This document shows, in pieces, positions 11,801 to 23,800 of a stretch of DNA of 64,000 bases. The notes below the pieces were generated by a model. The model was not told the DNA's origin. It saw only the letters and a list, made by a program, of their open reading frames with translations, and made no database searches. Source of the stretch: Orbicella franksi (Eukaryota); NCBI GenBank assembly GCA_964199315.1, contig OZ116704.1, positions 8,804,001 through 8,868,000 of the forward strand, written 5' to 3'. Within the stretch, counting starts at the first letter, position 1. Each line of letters begins with the position of its first letter. Made by a program: the position numbers and the translations under genes.

Positions 11801-13496
11801 AGTCATACATACACATTTCCGCCTAACAATTCCTATGAAATGCTCCAAGCAAAGGCTCTGCGAAGAAATCCTTCAGAGTCTGTGAAGACTTGAACTCTCC
11901 CAGAAAGTTTCACTTATTAGAGGTGGCTCAAGGTGGAATGTTCCTACGAGAGGTGCGCTAAATAATTTTTCCATTAGATGAAAGTTCCTAAACTTTGAGC
12001 AATTTCAAAAATTGCGCAGTTCTTGAAAGATTGCAGTCTTTTGTAAAACTCTGAATGTTTGAATGTCAAGTTCAAGTTCAAGGATTTATCGGCACAAGAG
12101 AGAGTTAAGAAGGTTTAAATCCAAATGCTTGGAAAGACTGACTGTTCTTGACAATGTTTTCCTTCTGAACTGAATCGCCACCGGAATCTGTGGAAATAAT
12201 CTGAGTGTTTGCAGAAAAACGACACACATTCACAAGCAAAAAAAGACCTCTGGACAACAAAAGGCAGAATTGAAGGGAATCTGTGACTGTTGGTTATAGA
12301 ACCCCTCTACATAGCACCAATTTTATTCCTGTGCAAGTGAATCATATGAACAGTTGACATGGAAATTTTACAATCAGAGGGAAAAAAATACAAGACCTTT
12401 TTCGTTCTCAGTCACACCCCTTTGCCATCAGTCTAGAACTTGAACTTCCAGACATAAGATAATAATTAAATTCTTCACCTCTTTCATCTGCTGTTCTTCA
12501 AGTTGCTCCTGTCGTCGTTTTTCAAACTCTTCAACCATCTGTTTCTCCATAACACTCTTGGCTTCTTCGACTCTTTTCATAACTTCAGCATCAATTTCAT
12601 CTTTCCTCTTTGCAAGTTGCTCCTCAACTCTCTTCGCAACAAGTTCTTCAACTCGCTTTTGTGTTTCTTCCTCAATGATCATCTTTTCTTTCTCTGTAGC
12701 TCGACTAACAAGGGCAAAAGATCATAAGTTTCAAACCTTGTACAGGGTTCTCATTAATTTTATTGTGACAACTTCAAATTTCTTTAGTTTTTGCAATGTG
12801 ATTGGCATGGTACATGACCAATGTTGACAGGCAGGGTAGGGTGGGGAACATTTTGTTAATGTGATATTACATCACAACACAAACTCAACAACATTTTTAA
12901 CCTGGATTTTCAAGAAAAAACGCCTTAAATTAAGTCAATTTTCAGTACCAGAATTAAACCAATCAAATTATACAAAAGCAGACCTCCGCACACAGACAAA
13001 AAGAACTGAAAGAGGTCTAACAATGGAGTAATTAATGCAAAAGAAACAAGTTCGTTTAAGAAAAAAAAAAAACCTTCACAATAAAGGACTATAAGACCTT
13101 AACACATTTTAAAACAATTCGACACACGTTAATTAAGTCTTAAATTGCACATCCTCAAGCTTGCTCTTACATTTTTCTTTGCCGTTCCATTTCTTGCAGT
13201 CTCTCTTCCTCAAGTTCCTTTCGTTTAGCGGGGTCATCGTCTTTTCTCTTCACTATCGATCGGCCAAATCTATCAACACTAGGAGAACGACTCCTACTCC
13301 TAGAATATCGCTTTTTTCTTCTCGGTGATCTCGAGCGTCGGCGAGGTGAACGATCGCGACTTTTCTTCGACGAAGATGGCGTCGAGCTCGGCGATCTACT
13401 CCGCGTTTTCCGACGATAACTGCGATCTTTCTTGTGTTTTCGACGCGGACTTCCACTCTTGCTTCTTGAGCGGGATTTTGACTCGCTCTTGGGCAT
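8897..13496 (-). CDS. ARGLU1: Arginine and glutamate-rich protein 1, 4 coding exons, 269 aa
   Basis: Exons (minus strand) 13496-13171, 12704-12479, 11248-11165 and 9070-8897 total 810 nt, all GT-AG with phases consistent. The protein has an N-terminal RS-rich domain (SRSRSPRR...), then ERQRKI|R...IEEETQKRVEELVAKRVEEQLAKRKDEIDAEVMKRVEEAKSVMEKQMVEEFE, matching the ARGLU1 motif IEEET.RRVEELVAKRVEEEL.KRKDEIE.EV.RRVEEAK. It ends AEERLAMVEERR...QDLILNKNRNNRQKLTFGFKSKAAM*. Confidence 0.93.
11693..12200 (-). other. Candidate alternative/poison exon inside ARGLU1 intron 2
   Basis: On the minus strand a U/UG-rich tract precedes tandem acceptors CAG (12201-12203) and CAG (12188-12190). Both frames reach a stop within ~100 nt. 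Strong downstream donors are CTG|GTAAGA (11692) and CTT|GTAAGT (11342). Confidence 0.45.
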
Positions 13497-14253
13497 TATA
13501 AAAGACGGAAAAATGGGTTTTAGACGCTGAAATTAACTTCTGTTATACTCATACCACGGTGAAGTAAAATTTATTCTTCATGCTCTGCTTAGTCACCGGG
13601 CCCCTGCTACAGGACAGGGCCACCCCTATCGGGCTCATCTAGGGCTGATCGAAAAGAAAAGTGATTTTACGGCTTGATATTCATACTGGAAAAATTACGC
13701 ATATTCCATAAAAAAAACAGAAGCAATTCTTGATACCTTACCAGAATTATTGTCTATTGTTTAGATACAAGTTTGGACTTCGTCTCAAAGTCCTCTTGTT
13801 TGAAACAAGTTATCCTAACAATGCCCACTCTCGATTTTTGCTCGCCCCAATCTCTACAATACACGTTAGCCTCCAGTAGCGGATCTAGGGGAGGGACCCC
13901 CGGGGGCCCGACCCCTCCCTCCTTATTTTGGGTAAAAAAGAAGTAATCACAGAGGTGCAATCACCATTGTCACGATGTCTTGTATTTTTAATTATTATAT
14001 TTTTGGTCCAGGGCCCCTCTGGCTAAAAGCGTGAATTTTTTTAGCATATTTCCGACGGAAGTGGAAAGAAATTTACCTTATGAGCTGGTTTGTGACTTCA
14101 GTCTGAACCTCTCTAGAGTATTATTGTATGTTTCTTTGCCGGAAATGACAAGCGATTCTTAAAGTCAGTTTGGTTTTCTAGTTGACGAATTACCCGAGCT
14201 TGGGCATACTATGAAATCGCCTTGTTCTCAATACTAACAAGTTAAAAATTGTC

Positions 14254-14447
14254 TATTCTCTGAGTCTGGAAGGGCGGTTAGCTGGGACGTGAGGAAATAA
14301 ACGCTGAAAAAATTGAAGCGTCGAAAGTTTTATACAAGTAAGCCGGGAGCTTTTCCCGCCTTACTTGTAAATTTTCGAGGCTTCAATTTTTTTGCCGGAT
14401 TTATTTCCTCCCGCCCTAACTAACTGCCCTTTCCGACTCCGAGGATG
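14254..14447. mobile_element. Palindromic MITE within the bidirectional promoter
   Basis: gagtctggaagggcggttag...gaggaaataaa is inverted at tttatttcctcccgccctaactaactgccctttccgactc. Confidence 0.55.
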
Positions 14448-14579
14448 CTTAGTTTGGAAGATGCTTGACAGGTCGACGAGTACTGGACACCAGTTCGGTA
14501 TTTAGCTCACGTCCTACCCCACGCTACAAGGGAGCTTTTCTCAGCACCTGAATGAGGCAATTGTTGCTATGACAGTGAT

Positions 14580-14698
14580 TGGATAAAAATGGCGGACTTC
14601 TTCACGAAAACATAGAAGTGATCTACACAAAAGACCAAAAAAGAAGATCACTGCTTGCTGAATGAGGTAATCGCAAAGAAATTCAAGAAGTCAATACC
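14580..14698 (+). other. Putative non-coding first exon (5' UTR) of DNAH2 containing a short uORF
   Basis: Candidate donors are acc|GTAAGG (14699) and gag|GTAATC (14667). The acceptor tttgacAG (14783-14784) lies 39 nt upstream of the ATG at 14824. The uORF ATG GCG GAC TTC TTC ACG AAA ACA TAG spans 14589-14615. The TSS is not determinable from sequence. Confidence 0.45.
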
Positions 14699-14823
14699 GT
14701 AAGGAATGCCTCTGAAATCATTTCAAGATATACAGCTTAGATTTTAAGAATTTGCAAGTGTTTTTCTCAAGTTAAATTTGACAGCGTTTGTGGACCAGTT
14801 GATCAAAATCTTGCGCATAAACA

Positions 14824-17800
14824 ATGGATTTGGACCGCGAAGACGCAACGAGTTTGCAAGCAGGTTCTACAGATGTTGCATCTGAGGCGGCGGGAGCAGT
14901 TACAGTGGCGGATTCCAACTTAACAGTTCCAGATGAGAATAAAAATGGCGGATCTAACTCATCGTCGGAGAGTGGTTTGGAGGTCGACAGAGCCTCAGTT
15001 GGACATGGTAGCGCTGGTTCCGATGGAGAGCGAGAAATTGAACCAACAGAAATGGTGAGTTCTGACATTTTGCGTATCAGTGCATACCTTTTAATTAATG
15101 GGCAGGCTATTAATAAAAGTTCTTGCACTTTTTTAACTTTACACTTCGCATGATCAGCTGAGTTTACCATGTAGTCTTCTTACTCTTATAGGAATGCGTA
15201 TAAGCTTGAGATTTAGCAGATTTAAAAACAATGTTCAAGGTTGCTCTAAAATGTTTTTAGATGTCGGAGTAAATTCTGTTTTCAGTTTAAAGTTTGATAG
15301 CATAAATGCTATTATTTTTTCTTGTTTTGATAATCAAAAGTACGAGAGCGGGTAAACGATTTTATCTATTTTCTTATATGGCCTTCCCGCGCTAAGTATA
15401 AGCATATTTTTTAAATTCATGGTTAAGTTTTTAGGCGTATGTAATTCCAGATCCTTTCAATTGAGCTTGTAGCACACCGGTATCTGTACAACGGTGTGAT
15501 GTTATTATTATGAGGTAGAAACTGGAGGTTCCGTGAACAGCTTCCAGCAGATAATCTAAAGTAAAAGAACAAAAACAACAACAAGGATTAATTCATTAAG
15601 CAAAAGTCTAAACCAATGATAAACCTATTTTACATTATTTGGCTACTAAGGTAGCCTTCAGAATATGGCAGTAAAATGATATCCTGCTTGTGCAGAGGTA
15701 CTGGCATAATTGTAATGTAGAGATACTTTGTGCTAACACATTGATAAATGTCTTATTTTTTAAGGTACCTTTGATTAAGGAAAGAGTCACATTAAGCAGC
15801 CTGAAATCCGATATGTGGACCGCTGAACATGATGCAACCATCCTCAGGTTTCTGAAAGATTCCACCCTTAGACTACTTGTGGTTTACGTTGACAAGCTCT
15901 TGGGACTGCAAGTTGCACTGTCTGTCCCTCCTCACCCAGCGGAAGAAATGACATACATGATCAGGTTTGAGGATGCTGCGCTCAACCCTGACAATATCGA
16001 ACAGAAGCTTCAGTTTGGTACAATCAGGGCAAACCACATTGAAAGTCTTTTGAGGACCATGACAAATGTCTATGCACCCTTGTTCTTTGGAAATAGATCT
16101 TGGCCAGATAGTATCCTTGAAAAATACAATAGATTTAGATGCAGTCCTTAGGTAGAGGTTTCCTTACACTATAGTGTAAAACAAATGAAGTAGTGCTCCA
16201 GAAAGGTGAGGGGTCTCAGGTCAAAAACTTGACAAGGTCATCTACATGACCTGAAAAATTAATTGGAAATTTATAATGAACTTGGGAAATAGCCTGTTGG
16301 AATTCCCTATTGACACCCTGCCTTGAAAACTTACCTAGAACCCTGATGAAGTCAGTTTGTCTTCTCTTATTTATGCTATCCAGAGTTTGGCAGGTACACG
16401 AAAAAGGCAAGCAAATAATTGTATCGGAAATGGGAGCTTGAGTGGATTCCAACAGAAAAGTTAAGGTGGGATTAAGTGTGCCACAGGGTTTTCAAGTGGA
16501 GGGGGTGGATCATGCAAAAGCGTAGGGTTTTTTGAAGCTTGCCAGATCCATTGCATTGAGAAGACAAGCAAATCAATGCATTTGACAAGGGAAATCTACT
16601 GGATGCAATCAGAAAAGTTTTCATGGGGTTCTAAAACAGACTCAGGCTTAGCACAGTGTATAAACTTGAACAGAATTTGACTAATTAATTCTAAAATCAT
16701 TTGTATGAGGTAATACCATTAAAGGTCTTTAACTATAAACCAGGCATAAAAAATGACTTCTCAGCTCAGCTACACAAGTTCATGGCTAACCTGACAGACA
16801 CTCGCTATAAGATGCAGGGAAAGACTGTCCTTTATGTGCCAAATGAAGGAACAAGACTGTCTGTTGAGGAGGCTGCGAAGAGTAAAGAATTTGTGCAGCG
16901 TCTTGAAAGTGAGTTTACTCAGCAGCAATAGATGATGAGTGCAAGGAAGGTGCCTGTAAGGCTGGTGGAGCAAGGTCCTACAAGCTGACGTTGCAGGGCA
17001 ACCATGACAACCCTGCGAGCAGCAATCACCAGGCACTGCTATACTGCAACACTTTGACAGTGGAAATTAATGCTTACGCTGTACTTTCCTAAGGGAGATG
17101 GCTGGGGTGGGAGCAAAACCTTTGAAAGCAACATGAAGGTTCAGAAGGGAAATAGCCTGAAGTGAATAACAGAGCTGTGAATTCCCGGGCCTCCTTGCAG
17201 AATCCGCAGAACGCCTGAATTAAGGAGGGACACCCTGGCCAACAACTGCGTCAAGTTTAACTTGGCCTAAGTTGCATTTAATCTTTAGTCATGGACAAAA
17301 GCAGGCGAGACACTCCCCGAAAAAGACCTGTTTCATTGAATGCGCGAGTTTTTCAATCTCTGATTTTCACATTTTGAACACCTCTGCCCTTTTCAATGTT
17401 GTAACCACGTGACAGTGTCCATGGCACATATTTCAACATTGAAAAGGGGGAGAGGGGGGTTTGGCTATCGATGAACAAGATGTTTTTTGAAATTACGGAA
17501 GGACGCTGATAGAAAGCGTTTGTTTTGCTCAAATGTGTCAACACTTTTGTCCATGATTGCTGCTTAAACTTCACTGCATTACATGCATTACATGTATGAT
17601 CAACAACATGTTTTTACAACTTTTAACTGTCTTCTGTCTTAAACTACCGGTAAAGATTTTTAAAATTCTTGTTATGGTTGAAGTTCCTTGAAGTTTTGTG
17701 TTACTTGAAGAAAATATACCCTTTTTGATGAATGTGTTTAAATGTCAGCTTTTTTCTTAATATTACTGGCAATTTTATTATTTTTTTAATAATTTTATCA

Positions 17801-20800
17801 ATTATTTTTTAATAATTTTATTATAATTGCTGCCTGGACTACATGTAGCATCTTATGATTATTACGTTATACAATGTAGGTTTCAAATTATTTTTCTAGT
17901 CTCCAAATTTCTGTAGACGTTCTCACCTGGTATTTAACCAACTACATAAATTTGTGAAATTTCATTTATTTTTTTAGCTGCCATGATCCACTGGACAAGA
18001 CAAATTAAAGAAGTGCTTAGTAGTCAAGACACATTTGAGGCAGCAGAGAATTCAGGCCCACTGGAAGAGATTGAGTTTTGGCGCAGTCGTTGTGCTGATC
18101 TGTCAGGAATCAGTGACCAACTGGACAAGCCAGGAGTGAAAAGAATACAATCCATTCTGGAGCACTCCAAGAGTTCTTATGTGGCTCCATTTCTGAAGCT
18201 TTCAAAGCTTATTCAGGTTTGTTTGTGACTTCTGCAGCCTAACTATAGGCCTTTTCTAAAAATACAGTGTACCATGTGCAGGTTTAGCCTCACATGGACA
18301 GAGTAATTATTGAGTCTCATTGTTCTAGTGAGGCAATGGAATTGAGATTACCTGAATTTTTTTTTAACTAGCAACTAACTTTTCACGCTTTTCACTAAAA
18401 TACTTTTGCTGGCGACTAAATCTGAAAACTTAGGGGACAAGTGGCCCCATTTTTTTTCCCTGAACATCGAGCCCTGTAAAGAATGCCAGAATCTTAGAAG
18501 TTTTTGAGGCCAGTGAAAATTATGTTACAGATTTATTGCAAGCAAAGAAAAAGCCAATGTATACCATCTAAGAGGTACATGTACTGTTTTCCTCTGTTGA
18601 ATTCACCATCTAATTATGGAAATGTTACAAGTACTTTTAAGAAGTTGTTGCATTGCATGTGCAGCTTGTGTCAAGGACAAAGAACATGGTAAATCCTTGG
18701 ATCCTGAATATGAGGCTTTATGTGCAGCTTGAAAAATATTATGGTAATTTTATGCCTAGCTACCCCCAGTTTTCCTTGGGGATTCCAGCAGCCCTTTCTT
18801 AAATCTTCATTTTCAACATAGTCCTAATTTGGGCAAAAGGTCGTTTCTTTTTATAGGCACCATCCTTAATCGAGTAAATACATTTAGGAAGCGAATTATT
18901 AAAAGCAACATGGATTGTGGACCTGAGTTACTCCAATTTGTTTTCTTGACAGGATGGATCTGCCCAAGCTCAGAGCAACCTGAAATTCCTGTCCACACTG
19001 AAACAACCTTGTGAAGAATTGGCTCAAGCACAACCCAAAGACATCCCAGCAATGCTACCTAAAATCCTGAACATCATTCGCATTATCTGGATGAACTCAG
19101 AACATTACAGGAGTAGAGAGAGACTCACTGGGCTGCTCAGAAAGGTAGGTTTTACAGTCAAATGTCATTGTACATAACATTCCAAGGACTACAGGAAACA
19201 TGCATGTTACTGATGTGTTAAATTTCACTTTTTAGAGACAAGGTCTAAGCTACATGTCAATACCAAAAGTACTCCCTGTGACACAACAATTTGTAACTAG
19301 GTGTCTTTGTTAGAGTGGTTTTCAATTGAGTGTCGAAAGTAATCAGACAATTACTTTGGTTTTGGCTTTGGCTTTACTACGGTTTGAGATTGGCTGAGTA
19401 GTCTAATTGGCAATTAATTGGTTTGGTTTTGGTTTTACGACACTCAATTGAAAACCACTCTAAGCAGGTGTCCCTAAATTGGGGTTTGACTGTACTTAGC
19501 TGATCTCTGTTGATAGCATCTGTGCTAACTCTCTGGATTATCTGAGAGTCTCCTGAATACAGGTGGAATCTTCCAGTCTACCATATGGCTCACCAAATCT
19601 CCCGGACAATACGAAGGAAAGCCCATAAAATACAGTTTTCAGAAATACATTGTATTTTTGCCAACTTTTTGCATTTTTGTTGGAAACATTTTTTGATGTG
19701 TGATGCATTTTTGTGGTTGAATTGGCGATGTTCTACTTCAAACCAATTTTTTTAGGGCCAAGGAGGTAAAATTAGTGATCTCCCAGATTTCAGTTTTTTT
19801 AGGTTGGCATCACTGCAATAGCATAGCAAGCTATTTAAACATGACTGTGCTGATACATGCAAAGTGATGCTTGTTTAAAAAAATTAACACGTAACATGCT
19901 TAATTTTGGCTTTTGCACATTAAGTACATTCAGCAGCTGAGATTAAGTCTTTTACTTTGTTACCTGATCTTCCTCATGTCACGCCAGTTACATGTAGATG
20001 ATGCATATATGAGAGGCTTCCCACGTTATAAATTTCAGTGATAGATTTTATCTACTGTAATTTGTAAAAGAAAGTGAACTAATTAAAAGAAATATATTTC
20101 GTTATACCCTACACTGCTAAATAAATGTACATGGAATCCTTATTTGTACTCATAATTGAAGAAAAACTGTACATTTTACAAAAACAGTAATATTAAAATT
20201 TTAAAGGTTAGTACATGGCTGCCTGAAATAACAATAATGGGATAAAGAGATTGGACAGCTATTCCTAGTGATTATATCATATTTATAATGGGGTACAAAC
20301 ACATTCAGCACCATACAAATAAAGAGTAAGTTACTTACAGATTTTACAGTGACAGTTACATGGAAAATACTGTGTAATGACAGATTGGGAGACATAAGTA
20401 GAGATTTCTTCTTCATGGACACAGGTATAAATATTCACAAAGTACAGATGTACTGTCCTGCTGCCTCATCCAAACTTGTACACTTGTCTACTAACTGCAG
20501 TTTAGAAGTTTGACATTTGTGTACTTGCCTTTGCAGGTGAGTAATGAGATTATCAAGAGGTGCAGCACCAAAATCTCTCTGGAGGACATCTTTGAGGGTC
20601 GGATCAAGACAAGTATGCAGGGCTTGCAGGAGAGTATTGAGTGCTGTGAGTCATGGAAACACACTTACAGTAAGGTAAGGCGTTCAAGTAGGTTCAAAAT
20701 CTGAACATAACAGAGCTATTTGTAGGATGGTTGTGGAATGATCGCAAGAGGTTGAGGTTAAAGTTTGTTCCATTTCAAGGGATCACACAAGCCAGGTGAC

Positions 20801-23800
20801 TTGTGTCATTGAGGTGTCATGCAGTGAACAGGAACACCACGACTCCAAGTGATCAAGAGATGCCTTTGGGCTAAATCTAAGAACTATTTCAATTGATTTT
20901 TACAATAGACTAACAAACAGAGTTGTATACCTAATGCATTACCACGTTCAATTGGTTCTTTTCTTCAGATCAAGTTTGTTTTGCCCTTTTTAGATCAGTA
21001 GAATGCATTCTAAGCTGTCAAATGAGAAGTGGATTCTTGACCAGAGCAGCATCTTTGCCCAAGTGGATGCCTTTGTGCAGCGATGCAAAGATCTTCTGGA
21101 GGTACTGTAATTGTTACAAGTTATTATTTTGCCATGCCTGATCACAATGTATTATTAAATTATGTGTTCCAGAACACTGCTAAGGTACTAGACAAGTATT
21201 ATCTGACATGAATTCAAAGTACAGATCTTCAGGATTGCTGGGTTGCCTATCAGCTATTTCAAGATAAGCTTATCATGTACCGAGGCTTGACATGTACAGA
21301 GTGTGGTTGCATTCTGCTGGGGAACCTCTGCCTGCTGGCTGGATATGTTCAACAACCAGTCAAACTGTGCAGCTAGGACTGACAGGATTCAGCCATGAAA
21401 AAAAATCATCTCTTGCTCCCTTAAGGTGTCAAGGGATCACCCTAACACCACCCCTGCCTTCAACACCTAATGCATGCAGTCAGCACAGCGTAAGCCATGA
21501 CATCAGTGCCCACTTATGTTTGTGCGACCAGAAAATCAGAATATGACCATTTTTATAATTAGGCAAATAGCCAGTGGGCATATAAATATTATTTCTAACA
21601 CCTTGCAAATTTATGATTTGTGAATTTTCACTTACAGGTGTGTGAGGGACAAATCCACTTTGCTAGAATGTATGATGGAGAGAAGCGACCACTGCCATGC
21701 TTCCATGGTGTGCGAGGTCCAGAGGTTGTAAGGAGCCTTCTGGAGATTGAAGCAACATTTGAAAAGAATCTGCAGATACTCAAGGATGTGAAGAAAACTA
21801 TTCTGGATGTCAAGGTAAACGAGATCATAGCATAACCAGCAGCATTTTGTTAGGTTGTCTTAAAAAAAGAAAATTTAGGCTCCTTATCTTTACAGTACCT
21901 GGTTAGGGAGAGGCACAGTGACAGTAAATAAGAAAAATGTCTTGATCAAGATCCCAATCAGAGACCCTGGCCAGTACTTGAACTCAGATCTTTTGATCCG
22001 ACGTCCAAATAGAGCAATTAATTAAACTATGGCATCCCCTGATGGAAAGCTGCTATGTTAAGGTTAAGGAAGACAACATTTTTTGTCGAAATCCCCTTAC
22101 TTACCTAGGCTGACAATAGTATTACTACTATACCACCTTGTTCACAGGACTTCTCTACAATACAGAGGAAGAGTCTTATCAAAGACTGCTATGTTATTAT
22201 TAATAGAGCATTTTGTTTTCTTTTTTTTTTTGTGTATTTTGAATTACAATACTTGTGGCTGTCAGTCGTATGCTTCTTCTTTGGCAAAGTTCTCTTACAG
22301 TATTTCCTGTTTGATAACATTGTGATTATCTAATTTACTGTCAGTGATAATGTCGTAGGCAAGTCCTCCTTCTTGTTGAAATCATGTTTTGCTCAACAGG
22401 CAACCACCTGGCATGATGATTACAACAGATTCCGTGCTGGGGTGAAGGACCTTGAAGTCATGGTTCAGAATTTGATGTCCTCTGCTTTTGAGACGATAAC
22501 CACTGTCCAGGAAGGTGTAGAAATATTGGACATCTTCCAGCATTTGTCATCTAGAGAGGTGAAACATTTTGAAGTTATGTTGTAAAATCTCAAAGAATGG
22601 CGATATACACACTGGTTATACATGGACGTGTATGCATTTTGTGGTAGTTGTAACTAGATTCTTTACTGTGTTTTGCCAGGCTGAATGTACTATTCACTTG
22701 CAAAGAACTCACTCTCAAAAGAGAAATAAGTAAAGCCATATAGAATTGCTGGCCCAGTTGTGTGGGAAATTAAGGTTCAAGTCTTTTAGTTTGGTCTGGA
22801 CTTTTTCATAGCCCAATTTTTGGTAATCCTTGTATCAGGAGAAGGTTTGTAGGACTTTGGTTAACCACCTTTTCATTACAACAACAACAACAACAACAAC
22901 AACCATTTATTTGTACTCACAATTTATAAAATAATTACAAAATAATTCATTTATTCATGTTTGCAGGCTATCCGACGTACAATTGATAAGAAAACAGTGG
23001 AAGTGTACCAACTCTTCAATGAAGAATTGAACCTGGTGAAGAAAGAATTCAACACCAAAACTGTGGACTTACCACCCATGTATCCACATTATGCAGGATC
23101 TGCTGCCTGGGCAAGAATGCTCAAGAGGCGCATTGACCGGCCAATGAATGTAAGAATTTGATCAACATCAGTTCAAACCCAGTGCTGTCATTAAGGGCTG
23201 TAACCCGTAACACCTTTCACGATTGAGCATACTTGATGGGCCCTTGATGTTACGGGTGAACTTGCCTGTAGTTGATATGTGCAATTTACCTACATGTGTA
23301 TAAAGTAGCAAGTTTTTTATGGGTGTGAAGATCAAGGCTACAGTTGAATCAAAACTTAACGACAGCCCTGCAAACCTACTTGTAGACTAAGCACAAGTTA
23401 TTATGCTGAATATGCACATCTAGCTTGTTTATGCAGATGTTTTTCCTGTGTCATAGGTTTTGAAAAAATCCTTCTTTTTGCCATTGATTGGAACTGGAGA
23501 GGAAATCAGATCACAATATCAACAACTGGCCCAGGTATCTGTTATTTGTTTTTAGAGGTGATGGCAGCGCTAGAATTCACACTTCATCTGACAAGTTTGT
23601 TGCACAATTTCAGAGAAAGTCCTCGATTTCAAAGGAAATGGGGGCACTGATCAGTGGTGTACATACTTAACGGGGATTTCTCTTGTATGCATTAGCTATG
23701 TAGAATTTTGCAATATCGCTTTGTTGATTAAATGGGATAGAACTTACATACAACTCTTTATTGGTGACATTTATCCCTTGTAATTCTGTCAGGTTGTCCC

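Larger units (their letters stand above)
13497..14823. promoter_or_regulatory. Bidirectional promoter region shared by ARGLU1 (-) and DNAH2 (+)
   Basis: The two start codons diverge 1.33 kb apart in a locally CpG-rich region. Motif cluster: X-box-like GTTGCTATGACAGT (14563-14576), ATTGG/CCAAT (14578-14582) and YY1-like AAAATGGCGG (14586-14595). Confidence 0.65.

Noticed and set aside
12503-12827. Ser/Phe-rich + strand ORFs (12503..12727, 12558..12827)
   Set aside because: They are antisense shadows of the Glu/Lys-rich ARGLU1 exon 2.
14772-15170. 132-aa minus-strand ORF opposite DNAH2 exon 1
   Set aside because: Antisense shadow of a coding exon with no independent splice or domain support.
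15500-15560. Possible extra DNAH2 exon in coding intron 1 (gag|gtagaaactgg...)
   Set aside because: No proper acceptor tract and an in-frame stop; exons 1 and 2 already join in phase 0.
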